Part shown: piece after piece, positions 8,819 through 17,733 of the stretch
Position numbering within the stretch: position 1 is the stretch's first letter
How the letters are laid out: every line of letters begins with the position of its first letter
Assembly: GCF_001548275.1 (NCBI RefSeq)
Contig: NZ_AP014945.1
Span: 1,560,001 to 1,592,000 of the forward strand
Length of the DNA: 32,000 nucleotides
Reading direction: 5' to 3'
Source of the DNA: Caldimicrobium thiodismutans
GTDB taxonomy: Bacteria; Desulfobacterota; Thermodesulfobacteria; Thermodesulfobacteriales; Thermodesulfobacteriaceae
Notes under the pieces: generated by a model
Told to the model about the DNA's origin: nothing
Database searches by the model: none
Seen by the model: the letters and a program-made list of their open reading frames with translations, nothing else
Made by a program: the position numbers and the translations under genes

Positions 8819-9935
8819 GTTTTACCACTTCAAGAACAAGTTTTGCTGATTTAATGAGGTCTGAAGTCTTTATAAATTCTTCGGTGGTATGCACCTTTTG
8901 CATGCCTGTCCCAATAATAAGGGTTTTTATCCCTTTTTCATTGAAGACATTGGCATCAGATCCACCTTCTTTTTTCCTGAGGCTTATATTGAGCCCTACT
9001 TTCTCCCCTGCTTGCTTAACAAGTTGAACAAGCGGGTCTTTCTCGGATATATAAAAGGCCTTAAAGACCCTGTGAAAATCAAGCTTAAAGGAAGGAAGAT
9101 TATCTATTTTATGAGGGTAGTTTGCAAAAACCTCTTCCACAGATCTGCGCACTTCACTCATAAGAGTCTCAAGTTTTTCCTCCTTGTGGCTTCTCATCTC
9201 TCCCTCTACAAAGGCAAGATCAGGAACTACATTAACATATTTACCTCCGTTAATCTTACCAATATTCATCGTGGTTTCATCATCTATGCGTCCTGAGGGA
9301 AGCCCTGAAACAATCTGGGCAAGAAGCTTGATTGCATTAATTCCCTTTTCAGGTTCAATGCCTGCATGAGCTGATTTGCCATAAACCTTAAGGTGAAATT
9401 GATAAGAGGAAGGAGCTGCATGGATAACCTCTTCAGGATTTTCTGCATCAAGCACAAGGCCATAGCGTGATTCTATATGCTTGTAATCCAGATTTTTAGC
9501 TCCAAGAAGCCCTATCTCTTCCGTTGTGGTGAAAATAAGCTCAAGAGGTGGATGAGGAAAGGGATTTTCTTTCAGAATTCTTGCAAGTTCAATGAGGATA
9601 GCGATCCCTGCTTTGTCATCAGCCCCGAGGATTGTTTTTCCGTTACTTTTTAGAATTCCGTTTTCTTCAATTACTTCTATTCCTTCACAGGGACCTACTG
9701 TATCAAGGTGCGCACAGAGTAAGAGAGGAGGTGCTTGTATAGTGCCGGAAATTTTTAAAATGAGATTTCCTACATTTGAGCCTGTTGCCTCGCCAGATTT
9801 ATCAAAAAAGACTGGATAGCCTAAGGCTTCAAAAAGGTCTGCAAGATAATAAGCAAGTTTAGCTTCTTTTTGAGAAGGGCTCTCAATTCCAAGGAGGGTT
9901 TTAAATTCAAGGATTAATCGCTCTGGGTTTAGCAT
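8787..9935 (-). CDS. M20/M25/M40-family metallopeptidase (PepT-like)
   Basis: 382 aa with CAHLDTV, GADDKAGIAILIE and TTTEEIGLLGAKN metal-ligand motifs typical of the M20 family. Confidence 0.82.
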   Translation of the reverse strand: MLNPERLILEFKTLLGIESPSQKEAKLAYYLADLFEALGYPVFFDKSGEATGSNVGNLILKISGTIQAPPLLLCAHLDTVGPCEGIEVIEENGILKSNGKTILGADDKAGIAILIELARILKENPFPHPPLELIFTTTEEIGLLGAKNLDYKHIESRYGLVLDAENPEEVIHAAPSSYQFHLKVYGKSAHAGIEPEKGINAIKLLAQIVSGLPSGRIDDETTMNIGKINGGKYVNVVPDLAFVEGEMRSHKEEKLETLMSEVRRSVEEVFANYPHKIDNLPSFKLDFHRVFKAFYISEKDPLVQLVKQAGEKVGLNISLRKKEGGSDANVFNEKGIKTLIIGTGMQKVHTTEEFIKTSDLIKSAKLVLEVVKLAGKNPFSRA

Positions 9936-9938
9936 GGA

Positions 9939-10211
9939 TCAATACCTTATTTTAAAGTCTTTAAATTCTCCTGTATAATGTTCTTCAAAGGTTTCAACCT
10001 TGGTTACCACTGAGGCAGGAGAGCCTCGGTGACACCATTTAAGCATTTCAGCAACTGCTTTTTCTTCACCTTCAAAGAGGGCTTCAACCCTGCCATCGGG
10101 AAGATTTCTAACCCAGCCTTTAAGCCCAAGCCTTTCTGCCTCTTCTTTTGTATAGGCCCTAAAAAAGACCCCCTGAACCCTTCCAGAAATTAATACCCTT
10201 ATCCGCTTCAT
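9939..10211 (-). CDS. acyP: Acylphosphatase
   Basis: 90 aa with the signature ISGRVQGVFFRAYT and GWVRNLPDGRVE. Confidence 0.9.
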   Translation of the reverse strand: MKRIRVLISGRVQGVFFRAYTKEEAERLGLKGWVRNLPDGRVEALFEGEEKAVAEMLKWCHRGSPASVVTKVETFEEHYTGEFKDFKIRY

Positions 10212-10242
10212 TTTATAAAGAGCTTATCTAATTTATAAAAAA

Positions 10243-10454
10243 AGTCAAGATAGTGTTTGCGTCCATATCTTTTGAGACTTTATAGGATTTTTTCTTAGGG
10301 CTTAACACAAATAAAATCTCTCTACATACCCATTCTCCTTCGGAAAGAAAGGATAAAAATTTGCAAAATCTTAAGCAGGGGTTTAAAATTTTAAACCCCT
10401 ACATGGGGCTTTTTTACCACCCTTCCTTTTTCTTGTAAGGATCTGAACTTATGC
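10243..10454 (+). repeat. Intergenic repeat family, copy A. The 5' module is 10243..10295 and the 3' module is 10417..10454, separated by a copy-specific 121-nt insert.
   Basis: Hand alignment with copies B and C. The 5' module GCGTCCATATCTTTTGAGACTTTATAGGATTTTTTCT matches 34/37 with copy C. The 3' module CCACCCTTCCTTTTTCTTGTAAGGATCTGAACTTATGC matches 34/38 with copy B. Confidence 0.8.
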
Positions 10455-10652
10455 TGTCTTGGTTCAAAAGGTATTGTATGAAGGGGAGTTGAAAAAGATG
10501 AATATATCCGAAGAGGCAGATTTAAGTCTAAAAGGATATTGATGCCCACCTCTTCTTGTAATAGGAAAAAATCTTAGTAAAATTGGGGAGAAAGGTTTAG
10601 AAGGGAAAGTTACAAAGATGAAAAAAACTATTAGGAGAGGAGGTGCAACATT

Positions 10653-11504
10653 ATGCAAGATGGGTTTAAAGGGAAAGTTATAAAGATGAAAAAAGTATTT
10701 TTAATATTTTTTTTATATATATTATTTTCTTTTCCTCAAATAGCCTTTGGTCAGAGGTGTGTAGTTTCTGGGTATCCGCTTTTTAAAATTTTACAGGAGA
10801 TTTGGCCTGAAGAGAAATGCTATCTCCTGCAACCGCCAAGAGGAGAGTTTCACTTTGCTGAACCTACTCCAAAGGATTTAGAGCTCATTAAAAAGGCAGA
10901 ATTTGTATTTATTGTAGGAACAGAGCCCTGGGCTAAACGAGTTTATAATTTAACATCTCAGGAACGCATTATTGCCTTAGGTAAACCTTCGGAAAGGATT
11001 TCAAATCCCCATCTCTGGTTTGACTTTGACAGAGTTTATTCCTTTTTAAAGGAATTTACTAATCACCCTGCTTTTAAAAAGAGACAGGAATTTCCAAAAA
11101 TAGTGGAAAGACAAAAAATTTTTGAAAAAAACTTAAAGACCCTGGAAGAGCAATATAAAGCCCTGGATAAATGTCCTAAGAAAGAATTTTACCTTCTTGG
11201 CCACAGTGTCTTTGGCCCTCTTTTTAGGGATACAGGAATAAAAGAAATTCCCCTAATTAAGGGACATCACCATGGAGAGATTACACCTAAAAAATTACAA
11301 GAACTCCTTTTGAAATTAAAGAAAGGGGGAGCTAAAGCTATTTTACTCGGAGAAAAAGAATTAATTAAATATAAAACCCTTTTTGAAAAAGAGGGGCTTG
11401 AAGTCAAAGAGGTCTGGACAGGGGATTATGATAGACCTGGGAGTTTTACAGATTTAATGAAGGAAAATTTAGCTCTTTTTAAATATGTTTTAAGTTGTCC
11501 ATAG
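10653..11504 (+). CDS. Metal ABC-transporter substrate-binding protein, ZnuA/TroA family (no cognate permease or ATPase adjacent)
   Basis: 283 aa. It has a signal peptide (KMKKVFLIFFLYILFSFPQIAFG) and family motifs GEFHFAEPTPKD, SNPHLWFDF and LLGHSVFGPLF. ATG 10653 is preceded by AGGAGGTG at 7 nt. An alternative ATG lies at 10686. Confidence 0.75.
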   Translation: MQDGFKGKVIKMKKVFLIFFLYILFSFPQIAFGQRCVVSGYPLFKILQEIWPEEKCYLLQPPRGEFHFAEPTPKDLELIKKAEFVFIVGTEPWAKRVYNLTSQERIIALGKPSERISNPHLWFDFDRVYSFLKEFTNHPAFKKRQEFPKIVERQKIFEKNLKTLEEQYKALDKCPKKEFYLLGHSVFGPLFRDTGIKEIPLIKGHHHGEITPKKLQELLLKLKKGGAKAILLGEKELIKYKTLFEKEGLEVKEVWTGDYDRPGSFTDLMKENLALFKYVLSCP

Positions 11505-11516
11505 GGGAGGTTTTAA

Positions 11517-14117
11517 ATGAGATTAGCTCTCAAGTTAAAGATTTTTTTAGTTATTCTGCTTACCCTTTTGGCAGGAATTCTTCTTTTGCCGACCTTTGTG
11601 CCTGATCTTCCAGGCTGGTTTACCAAATACATTTATCGCGGACAATTAAAGCTTGGCTTAGATCTCAAGGGTGGAGTTCATTTAGTTTTAAAACCAGATT
11701 TGGAAAAGGCTTTACAAAACCAGTTTGAAAATTATCTGCATGATATTAAACAGACCATAGAGAGAAAGGGAATAACCTATGAACTTCAATATGGAAGGCT
11801 TATGGCAACCCTTAAACTTCAGAAGGCTGAAGACCTTGAACTTTTAAAAAGGGAGATTCTTCCAGGTATTAAGGAGATATACCTTGAGAGTGAAAAGCGA
11901 GAAGGGTCGGTTTATGTAGCAAACATAGCCCTTTCTGCAGAAAGAGAAAAGTTTGTAAAAGAAAATCTTGTGAACCAGCTCCTTGAGGTCTTGCGCAATC
12001 GTATTGATCAGTTTGGGGTTGCTGAGCCTATTATAACTAAACAGGGAACAGATAAGGTGGTTATCCAGCTTCCCGGGGTTAAGGATCCTGAAAGGGCCAT
12101 GCGAATAATTGGGCAAACAGCCCAGCTTGAGTTTAAACTTGTAGATGATGAAGCTATGAAAAGAATTGATTTAAATACTCTTATCTCAACTTTTACTCAA
12201 GAGGGACGGATAAAGGATATCAATAATCTTGAAGAGTGGAGAACCCTTTTAAGACCTTATCTACCTCCGGATACAGAATTTTATTTTGAAGTGCAAAAAG
12301 ACAGGGAAAGTGGGAATCTTCTCAGGATCCCTATTCTTCTTAAGAGAGAGACCCTTCTTACAGGAGATTATCTAAAGGATGCACAGGTGCGGATTGACCC
12401 AAACTTTAATGAGCCCTATGTGTGGATTCAGTTTAATGATAGAGGGGCCAAGATCTTTGAGGCTATAACCTCAACTCATGTGGGGAAAAGGCTTGCTATA
12501 GTTCTTGACGATGTGGTAAGATCCGCACCAGTTATAAAGGAAAAGATTGCCGGGGGGGAGGCCCAGATTACAGGCTCCTTCACCATGGAGGAGGCTAAAG
12601 ATCTTTCTGTTGTGCTTAGAGCGGGTGCCCTTCCTGCTCCAGTAAAGATTCTTCAAAATATAACTATTGGGCCTTCGCTTGGAAAGGATTCTATTGAAAA
12701 GGGTATTAAAGCAGGCTTGATAGGAGCAGGTCTTGTTATACTTTTTGCCATTATTTATTACAAACTTTCTGGTTTTATAGCAGTTATAGCTCTTCTTTTA
12801 AATATTTATTACTTATTGGCTCTACTTTCAGCCTTTCAAGCCACTCTTACTCTTCCTGGTATTGCAGGTATCATTTTAAGTATTGGTATGGGAATAGATT
12901 CCAATGTTCTTATCTTTGAAAGAATCAGGGAAGAGCTTCGCTTGGGCAGGACTTCTTATTCAGCAGTCTTTCAAGGTTATTCTAAGGCTTTTTGGACTAT
13001 ATTTGATGCCCATATTACTGTCCTTCTCACTTCTCTTATCCTCTTTTTCTTTGGAACAGGGCCTATTCGAGGCTTTGCAGTAACCCTCTCAATTTCAATT
13101 TTAGTCAATCTTTTTACAGCTATTTTTGTTACCAAAATCTTTTACGAGATCCTCTATGAAAAAGGTAGGGATCTGAAGATCTCCTTTTTAAGACTGCTTG
13201 AAAAGCCAAACTTTAATTTTATGTGCTATAAAAAATTATTTGCCATTTTTTCTATAATCTTAACACTGCTCGGGTTAACAGGCTTTGTGATGAGCCTTAT
13301 GGGTAAGGCTAACTTGGGTATAGACTTTACAGGAGGAACTATTCTCTATCTCAAAACAAATAAGACCCCTGATCTGGATAAGGTGCGTTCAATTTTGAAG
13401 GATTCAGGTTTTCCTGATGTGACCCTGCAAGATGTTAAAGGCGAAAATCTGCTGCTGTTAAAGATGAAAAGCGGAAAAGAGAGTCTTACCGAGGAGGTCA
13501 ATCGCCTTCTTCAGACTCTGAGTTTAAAGATTTCAGATTATAAGTTTCAGGTCCTTGCTAAGGAAGAGATAGGAGGTGTTATTAGTCAAGAATTACAAAA
13601 AAAAGCTCTTTTAGCTATTCTTGGGGCTGTAGGAGGGATAATTTTATATCTTAGCTTCAGGTTTAATTTTTATTTTGGAGTGGCAGCAGGGCTTGCTACC
13701 TTTCATGATGTAATTGCAGTCTTTGCTATCTTTTATCTCCTTGGTCTTGAAATAAATCTCCTTTTTATAACTGCTCTTTTAACCATTGCGGGATATTCTC
13801 TAACTGATACGGTGGTTATTTTTGATCGAATTAGAGAGGTTATATTGAGGGGGGAGGGGGAGTCTGACTTTGATACCTTAATAAATAAAAGTTTAAATGA
13901 GGTGTTCTCAAGAACTATTATTACAACTTTGACCACTCTTTTTGGATCCTTAGCTCTTCTTCTTTTTGGAGGCATAGTGATTAGAGATTTTGCTCTTGCT
14001 CTTACCCTTGGATTTATTGTAGGGACCTATAGTTCAATCTTTATTGCCTCTCCATTACTTAAGCTCTTTCACAAGGGGAAGATACCTGAACTTAAAAGTA
14101 AGGAAGAACTTTTATAG
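11517..14117 (+). CDS. secDF: Fused protein-export membrane protein SecD-SecF
   Basis: One 866-aa ORF. The SecD-like part has the periplasmic P1 region plus six TM segments (..GIDSNVLIFERIREE..). The SecF-like part begins around NFNFMCYKKLF..GIDFTGGT and ends with ..TDTVVIFDRIRE... GGGGAGG SD. Confidence 0.9.
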   Translation: MRLALKLKIFLVILLTLLAGILLLPTFVPDLPGWFTKYIYRGQLKLGLDLKGGVHLVLKPDLEKALQNQFENYLHDIKQTIERKGITYELQYGRLMATLKLQKAEDLELLKREILPGIKEIYLESEKREGSVYVANIALSAEREKFVKENLVNQLLEVLRNRIDQFGVAEPIITKQGTDKVVIQLPGVKDPERAMRIIGQTAQLEFKLVDDEAMKRIDLNTLISTFTQEGRIKDINNLEEWRTLLRPYLPPDTEFYFEVQKDRESGNLLRIPILLKRETLLTGDYLKDAQVRIDPNFNEPYVWIQFNDRGAKIFEAITSTHVGKRLAIVLDDVVRSAPVIKEKIAGGEAQITGSFTMEEAKDLSVVLRAGALPAPVKILQNITIGPSLGKDSIEKGIKAGLIGAGLVILFAIIYYKLSGFIAVIALLLNIYYLLALLSAFQATLTLPGIAGIILSIGMGIDSNVLIFERIREELRLGRTSYSAVFQGYSKAFWTIFDAHITVLLTSLILFFFGTGPIRGFAVTLSISILVNLFTAIFVTKIFYEILYEKGRDLKISFLRLLEKPNFNFMCYKKLFAIFSIILTLLGLTGFVMSLMGKANLGIDFTGGTILYLKTNKTPDLDKVRSILKDSGFPDVTLQDVKGENLLLLKMKSGKESLTEEVNRLLQTLSLKISDYKFQVLAKEEIGGVISQELQKKALLAILGAVGGIILYLSFRFNFYFGVAAGLATFHDVIAVFAIFYLLGLEINLLFITALLTIAGYSLTDTVVIFDRIREVILRGEGESDFDTLINKSLNEVFSRTIITTLTTLFGSLALLLFGGIVIRDFALALTLGFIVGTYSSIFIASPLLKLFHKGKIPELKSKEELL

Positions 14118-15053
14118 AGCTAAGGAGTCTCCAGCTTTTAATCTTTGTCCAAGGGCAAATTCGTAGGCAGAGATTCTCTTTTTTCCTTCAAGTTGGACTT
14201 CCTCAAGTAAAATTGCTCCTTGAGAGGTTGCTACAAGGATCCCCTCGGGACTGATTTTAAGGATTTTTCCCGAGGGTTTGTCCTCTGTTAAAGGATAGCT
14301 CTTAGCTGAATGCACCTTTAATATCTTTCCATGATAATGGGTATAGAGCCCTGGCCAGGGAGAAAAAGCCTTTAGTTTTCTTAGAATCCTTTCCGCAGGC
14401 TCTTCAAAGGTAAAAAAGCCATCTTCTTTTTTAATCAAAGGGGCATAACTTATCCCCTCATCAGGTTGGGGAGTTGGTTTTAAGTCTCCTTTTTTCCATA
14501 AAGAGAGGGCCTCTCTCAGAGCTATAACAGAAAGAGCACTTAAGTTTTTAAGAAGAGTAAGGGATGTATCTTCTGCAGAGATTTCCAGAGATTTTTGTAA
14601 CAAAATTGGGCCTGTATCCATGCCTTCATCCATGAGCATGATGGTAACTCCGGTTTCCTTTTCCCCGTTGAATATGGCCCATTGCACAGGAGAAGCCCCG
14701 CGGTATTTAGGTAAGAGAGAAAGGTGAATGTTCCAGCATCCCTCAGGGGGAATTTCCAGAACCTCCCTTGGTAAGATTTTTCCATAGGCAAAGACTACAA
14801 TTAACTCAGGAGAAAGACTTTGAATGGCTTTGAGAAACTCAGGGTCTTTAAGCTTTACAGGTTCAAAGACCTTAAGCCCATGGGATAAAGCCCATTTTTT
14901 AACCGGGGAGGGGGCCTTTTCTAACCCCCTTCCTTTCGGCTTATCCGGTTGGGTAACCACCCCCAAAAGATCTTCACCTGTATAGAGAAACTCAAGAACA
15001 GGTAAGACAAATTCAGGGGTTCCAAAAAAAAGGCATTTATACCTTTTCATCAA
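14112..15053 (-). CDS. fmt: Methionyl-tRNA formyltransferase
   Basis: 313 aa with [34 protein letters not shown] and a C-terminal beta-barrel domain. Its start overlaps the clpB stop by 4 nt. Confidence 0.92.
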   Translation of the reverse strand: MMKRYKCLFFGTPEFVLPVLEFLYTGEDLLGVVTQPDKPKGRGLEKAPSPVKKWALSHGLKVFEPVKLKDPEFLKAIQSLSPELIVVFAYGKILPREVLEIPPEGCWNIHLSLLPKYRGASPVQWAIFNGEKETGVTIMLMDEGMDTGPILLQKSLEISAEDTSLTLLKNLSALSVIALREALSLWKKGDLKPTPQPDEGISYAPLIKKEDGFFTFEEPAERILRKLKAFSPWPGLYTHYHGKILKVHSAKSYPLTEDKPSGKILKISPEGILVATSQGAILLEEVQLEGKKRISAYEFALGQRLKAGDSLAL

Positions 15054-17644
15054 TGCACCATGGCCTTACGAAATTCAAAATCCATAGTCTCATTTAAGTC
15101 AACTATAATTTTATCTCCTTCCTCAAAAATACCCTCTAAAATCTTCATTGCCAAGGGGTTTTCAATGTATTTTTGGATAGCCCTTTTTAGAGGTCTTGCA
15201 CCAAAAACTGGATCAAATCCCACCTGAGATAACCTCTCTTTAGCCCGCTCAGAAAGTTCAATGGAAAGCCCTTTTTCAGCTAAACGGTAATTGAGATATC
15301 TTATTTGGATATCCACAATTCTTATAATGTCCTCCTGTGTAAGATTATTGAAAATAATGATTTCATCAATGCGGTTCAAGAATTCCGGTCTAAAGGTTCC
15401 TTTAAGGAGCTCGTGAATTCTATTTTCTATCTCTCGGCGATCAAGAAAGCTCTCTTGAAAGTAATGGCTTCCCACATTGGAGGTCATAATTATGATAGTA
15501 TTTCTGAAGTCAACGGTTCTGCCTTTGCCATCGGTTAATCTTCCGTCATCAAGGACTTGAAGGAGAACATTAAAGACATCGGGATGGGCCTTTTCAATCT
15601 CATCAAAAAGAATTACTGAGTAAGGCCTTCTTCTCACAGCCTCTGTTAGCTGACCTCCCTCTTCATAACCTACATATCCAGGAGGGGCACCAATCAAACG
15701 AGCAACAGAATGTTTTTCCATATATTCACTCATATCAATTCGGATCATAGCCTGCTCTGTGTCAAACATAAATTCAGCTAAAGCCTTGGCAAGCTCGGTT
15801 TTACCCACACCTGTTGGTCCAATGAAAAGAAAGGAACCTATGGGGCGATTGGGGTCTTTGAGCCCTGCCCTTGCCCTTCTTAGGGCATTGGAAACTGAGG
15901 AAATAGCCTGATCTTGACCAACCACTCGTTCTTTAAGGCGTTCTTCAATTCTCAAAAGCTTTTCTCTTTCACTTTCAAGGAGTCGCTTAACAGGGATTCC
16001 TGTCCATTTGGCAATGATTTCAGCAATATCCTCTTCGTCTACCTCTTCTTTGAGAAAACTTTTGCCCTCCTTTTGTATTTCCGCTAATTTTTGATTTTCT
16101 CCATCAAGCTCCTTTTGAAGTTGAGGGATTTGTCCATAAATAATTTCAGCTACTCTATTAAGATCTCCCTGGCGTTCTGCCTGCTGGGCCTCAATCTTTA
16201 ATTGATCAATTTTTTCTTTGAGTTTGCGAATACTCTGGATAATTTCCTTTTCTTTCAACCACTGAGCCTTAAGCTCCTCAGCCTCTTTTCTCAATTCCTC
16301 TAATTGTTCAAGGATCCTCTGATATCTCTCCTTGGCCTTGGGATCTGTCTCTTTTTCCAGAGCCACCTTTTCAATCTCAAGTTGTTTGATTTTTCTCTCA
16401 ATTTCATCAATAACTGTGGGCATGGAATCAATCTCAATTCTTAACTTGGCAGCTGCTTCGTCAATAAGGTCTATGGCCTTATCAGGAAGATATCTATCGG
16501 TAATATAACGATGAGAAAGCATAACTGCTGAGACAATGGCATTATCTGTTATACGGACACCGTGGTGGACTTCATATTTCTCTTTAAGCCCTCTCAATAT
16601 GGCAATGGCTTGTTCTGGAGTGGGTTCTTCAACTTGCACAGGCTGGAATCGTCTCTCAAGGGCAGGGTCCTTTTCAATATACTTTCTATATTCTTCAATG
16701 GTGGTTGCCCCTATACAGCGAAGTTCACCCCTTGCCAGAGCAGGTTTTAGCATATTAGCCGCATCCATGGCTCCCTCAGCTGCTCCAGCTCCAACAATGG
16801 TATGGATCTCATCTATAAAGAGAATAATCTCCCCCTCGCTTGCCTGGACCTCCCGGATAACTCCTTTGAGTCTCTCCTCAAACTCGCCTCTAAATTTAGT
16901 GCCTGCAAGGAGAGTAGCCAGATCAAGTTGAACTATCCTTTTATTTTTGAGGACCTCAGGTACATCTCCTGCAACAATTCTCTGGGCAAGACCTTCAACA
17001 ATAGCGGTTTTTCCAACTCCAGGTTCTCCAACTAAAACAGGATTATTTTTGGTTCTCCGACTGAGGATGTGCATGACCCTTCTGATTTCCTCATCTCTAC
17101 CAATGACAGGGTCAAGCTTTCCGCTTCTGGCAAGGGCGGTTAGATCTCTGCCGAATTTTTCTAAGGCTTGATACTGCTCTTCAGGATTTTGATCCGTTAT
17201 GCGTCTTCCCTTCCGAATTTGGTTTATAACTTCTTTAGTTGAGCTAAGGGTTACCCCTCTTTTTCTTAAGAGTTCTCCAGCCCGAGAGGGGCTGTCAAGA
17301 ATACTAAGAAAGAGATGCTCTGTGGAGATAAATTCATCTCTCATTTCCTTGGCTAAGGCCTCTGCCCGATCAAGCACCTGTTTAGCAGGCATGGAAAGAT
17401 AGAGCTGATAAGCCCCTCCTGAAATTTTGGGAAATCTCTCTATTATCTCGTCAAGTTCAGTTGAGATAATCTTTGAGTTTACCCCAACCCTATCAAGAAT
17501 TATAGGGATAATGCCTCCCTCCTGTTCAACCAGGGCCTTTAAGATATGCTCTGGCTCAAGTTGAGTGTGATTGTGAGATTCGGCAATCTTTTGAGCGCTC
17601 TGTAGAGCCTCTTGAGCTTTAAAGGTAAACTTTTCAAGCTTCAT
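15050..17644 (-). CDS. clpB: ATP-dependent chaperone/disaggregase ClpB
   Basis: 864 aa. It has an N-domain, Walker A motifs GEPGVGKT and GPTGVGKT, a long coiled-coil middle domain, and sensor/arginine-finger regions. GGGAGG SD. Confidence 0.95.
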   Translation of the reverse strand: MKLEKFTFKAQEALQSAQKIAESHNHTQLEPEHILKALVEQEGGIIPIILDRVGVNSKIISTELDEIIERFPKISGGAYQLYLSMPAKQVLDRAEALAKEMRDEFISTEHLFLSILDSPSRAGELLRKRGVTLSSTKEVINQIRKGRRITDQNPEEQYQALEKFGRDLTALARSGKLDPVIGRDEEIRRVMHILSRRTKNNPVLVGEPGVGKTAIVEGLAQRIVAGDVPEVLKNKRIVQLDLATLLAGTKFRGEFEERLKGVIREVQASEGEIILFIDEIHTIVGAGAAEGAMDAANMLKPALARGELRCIGATTIEEYRKYIEKDPALERRFQPVQVEEPTPEQAIAILRGLKEKYEVHHGVRITDNAIVSAVMLSHRYITDRYLPDKAIDLIDEAAAKLRIEIDSMPTVIDEIERKIKQLEIEKVALEKETDPKAKERYQRILEQLEELRKEAEELKAQWLKEKEIIQSIRKLKEKIDQLKIEAQQAERQGDLNRVAEIIYGQIPQLQKELDGENQKLAEIQKEGKSFLKEEVDEEDIAEIIAKWTGIPVKRLLESEREKLLRIEERLKERVVGQDQAISSVSNALRRARAGLKDPNRPIGSFLFIGPTGVGKTELAKALAEFMFDTEQAMIRIDMSEYMEKHSVARLIGAPPGYVGYEEGGQLTEAVRRRPYSVILFDEIEKAHPDVFNVLLQVLDDGRLTDGKGRTVDFRNTIIIMTSNVGSHYFQESFLDRREIENRIHELLKGTFRPEFLNRIDEIIIFNNLTQEDIIRIVDIQIRYLNYRLAEKGLSIELSERAKERLSQVGFDPVFGARPLKRAIQKYIENPLAMKILEGIFEEGDKIIVDLNETMDFEFRKAMVH

Positions 17645-17680
17645 CTTTGCCTCCCGGTAAGGTTTTATATTTTTTTAAAA

Positions 17681-17708
17681 AATTTAAGTTCTATGATATA
17701 CATTTCAA
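17681..17708 (-). promoter_or_regulatory. Putative clpB promoter (-35 TTGAAA 17708..17703, 16-nt spacer, -10 TAAATT 17686..17681)
   Basis: The minus strand reads CTTGAAATgtatatcatagaactTAAATT, about 35 nt upstream of the clpB SD. Confidence 0.35.
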
Positions 17709-17733
17709 GGTGCATAAAAAAATAAAAGGGGAC

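Noticed and set aside
10464-10658. 64-aa minus-strand ORF in the acyP/ZnuA-like intergenic region
   Set aside because: Its start overlaps the SD and ATG of the ZnuA-like gene. It has no SD of its own, and its translation is F/P/S-rich and low in complexity. It is more likely a chance ORF in a purine/pyrimidine-skewed spacer.
16536-16931. 131-aa plus-strand ORF, and neighbouring 62-77-aa ORFs, antisense to clpB
   Set aside because: They lie entirely within a well-supported ClpB coding region. The translations are S/A/P/R-rich and low in complexity, typical of shadow frames. There is no SD. The same reasoning applies to 8889..9296 (in the M20 peptidase), 23720..24145 and 24715..25005 (in the MCP), 21141..21362 and 22110..22343 (in alaS), and 30410..30747 (in lysC).
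17180-17260. Internal start for a short ClpB isoform, as at E. coli Val149
   Set aside because: I translated the equivalent stretch (..[33 protein letters not shown]..). It contains no in-frame ATG, GTG or TTG and no SD.
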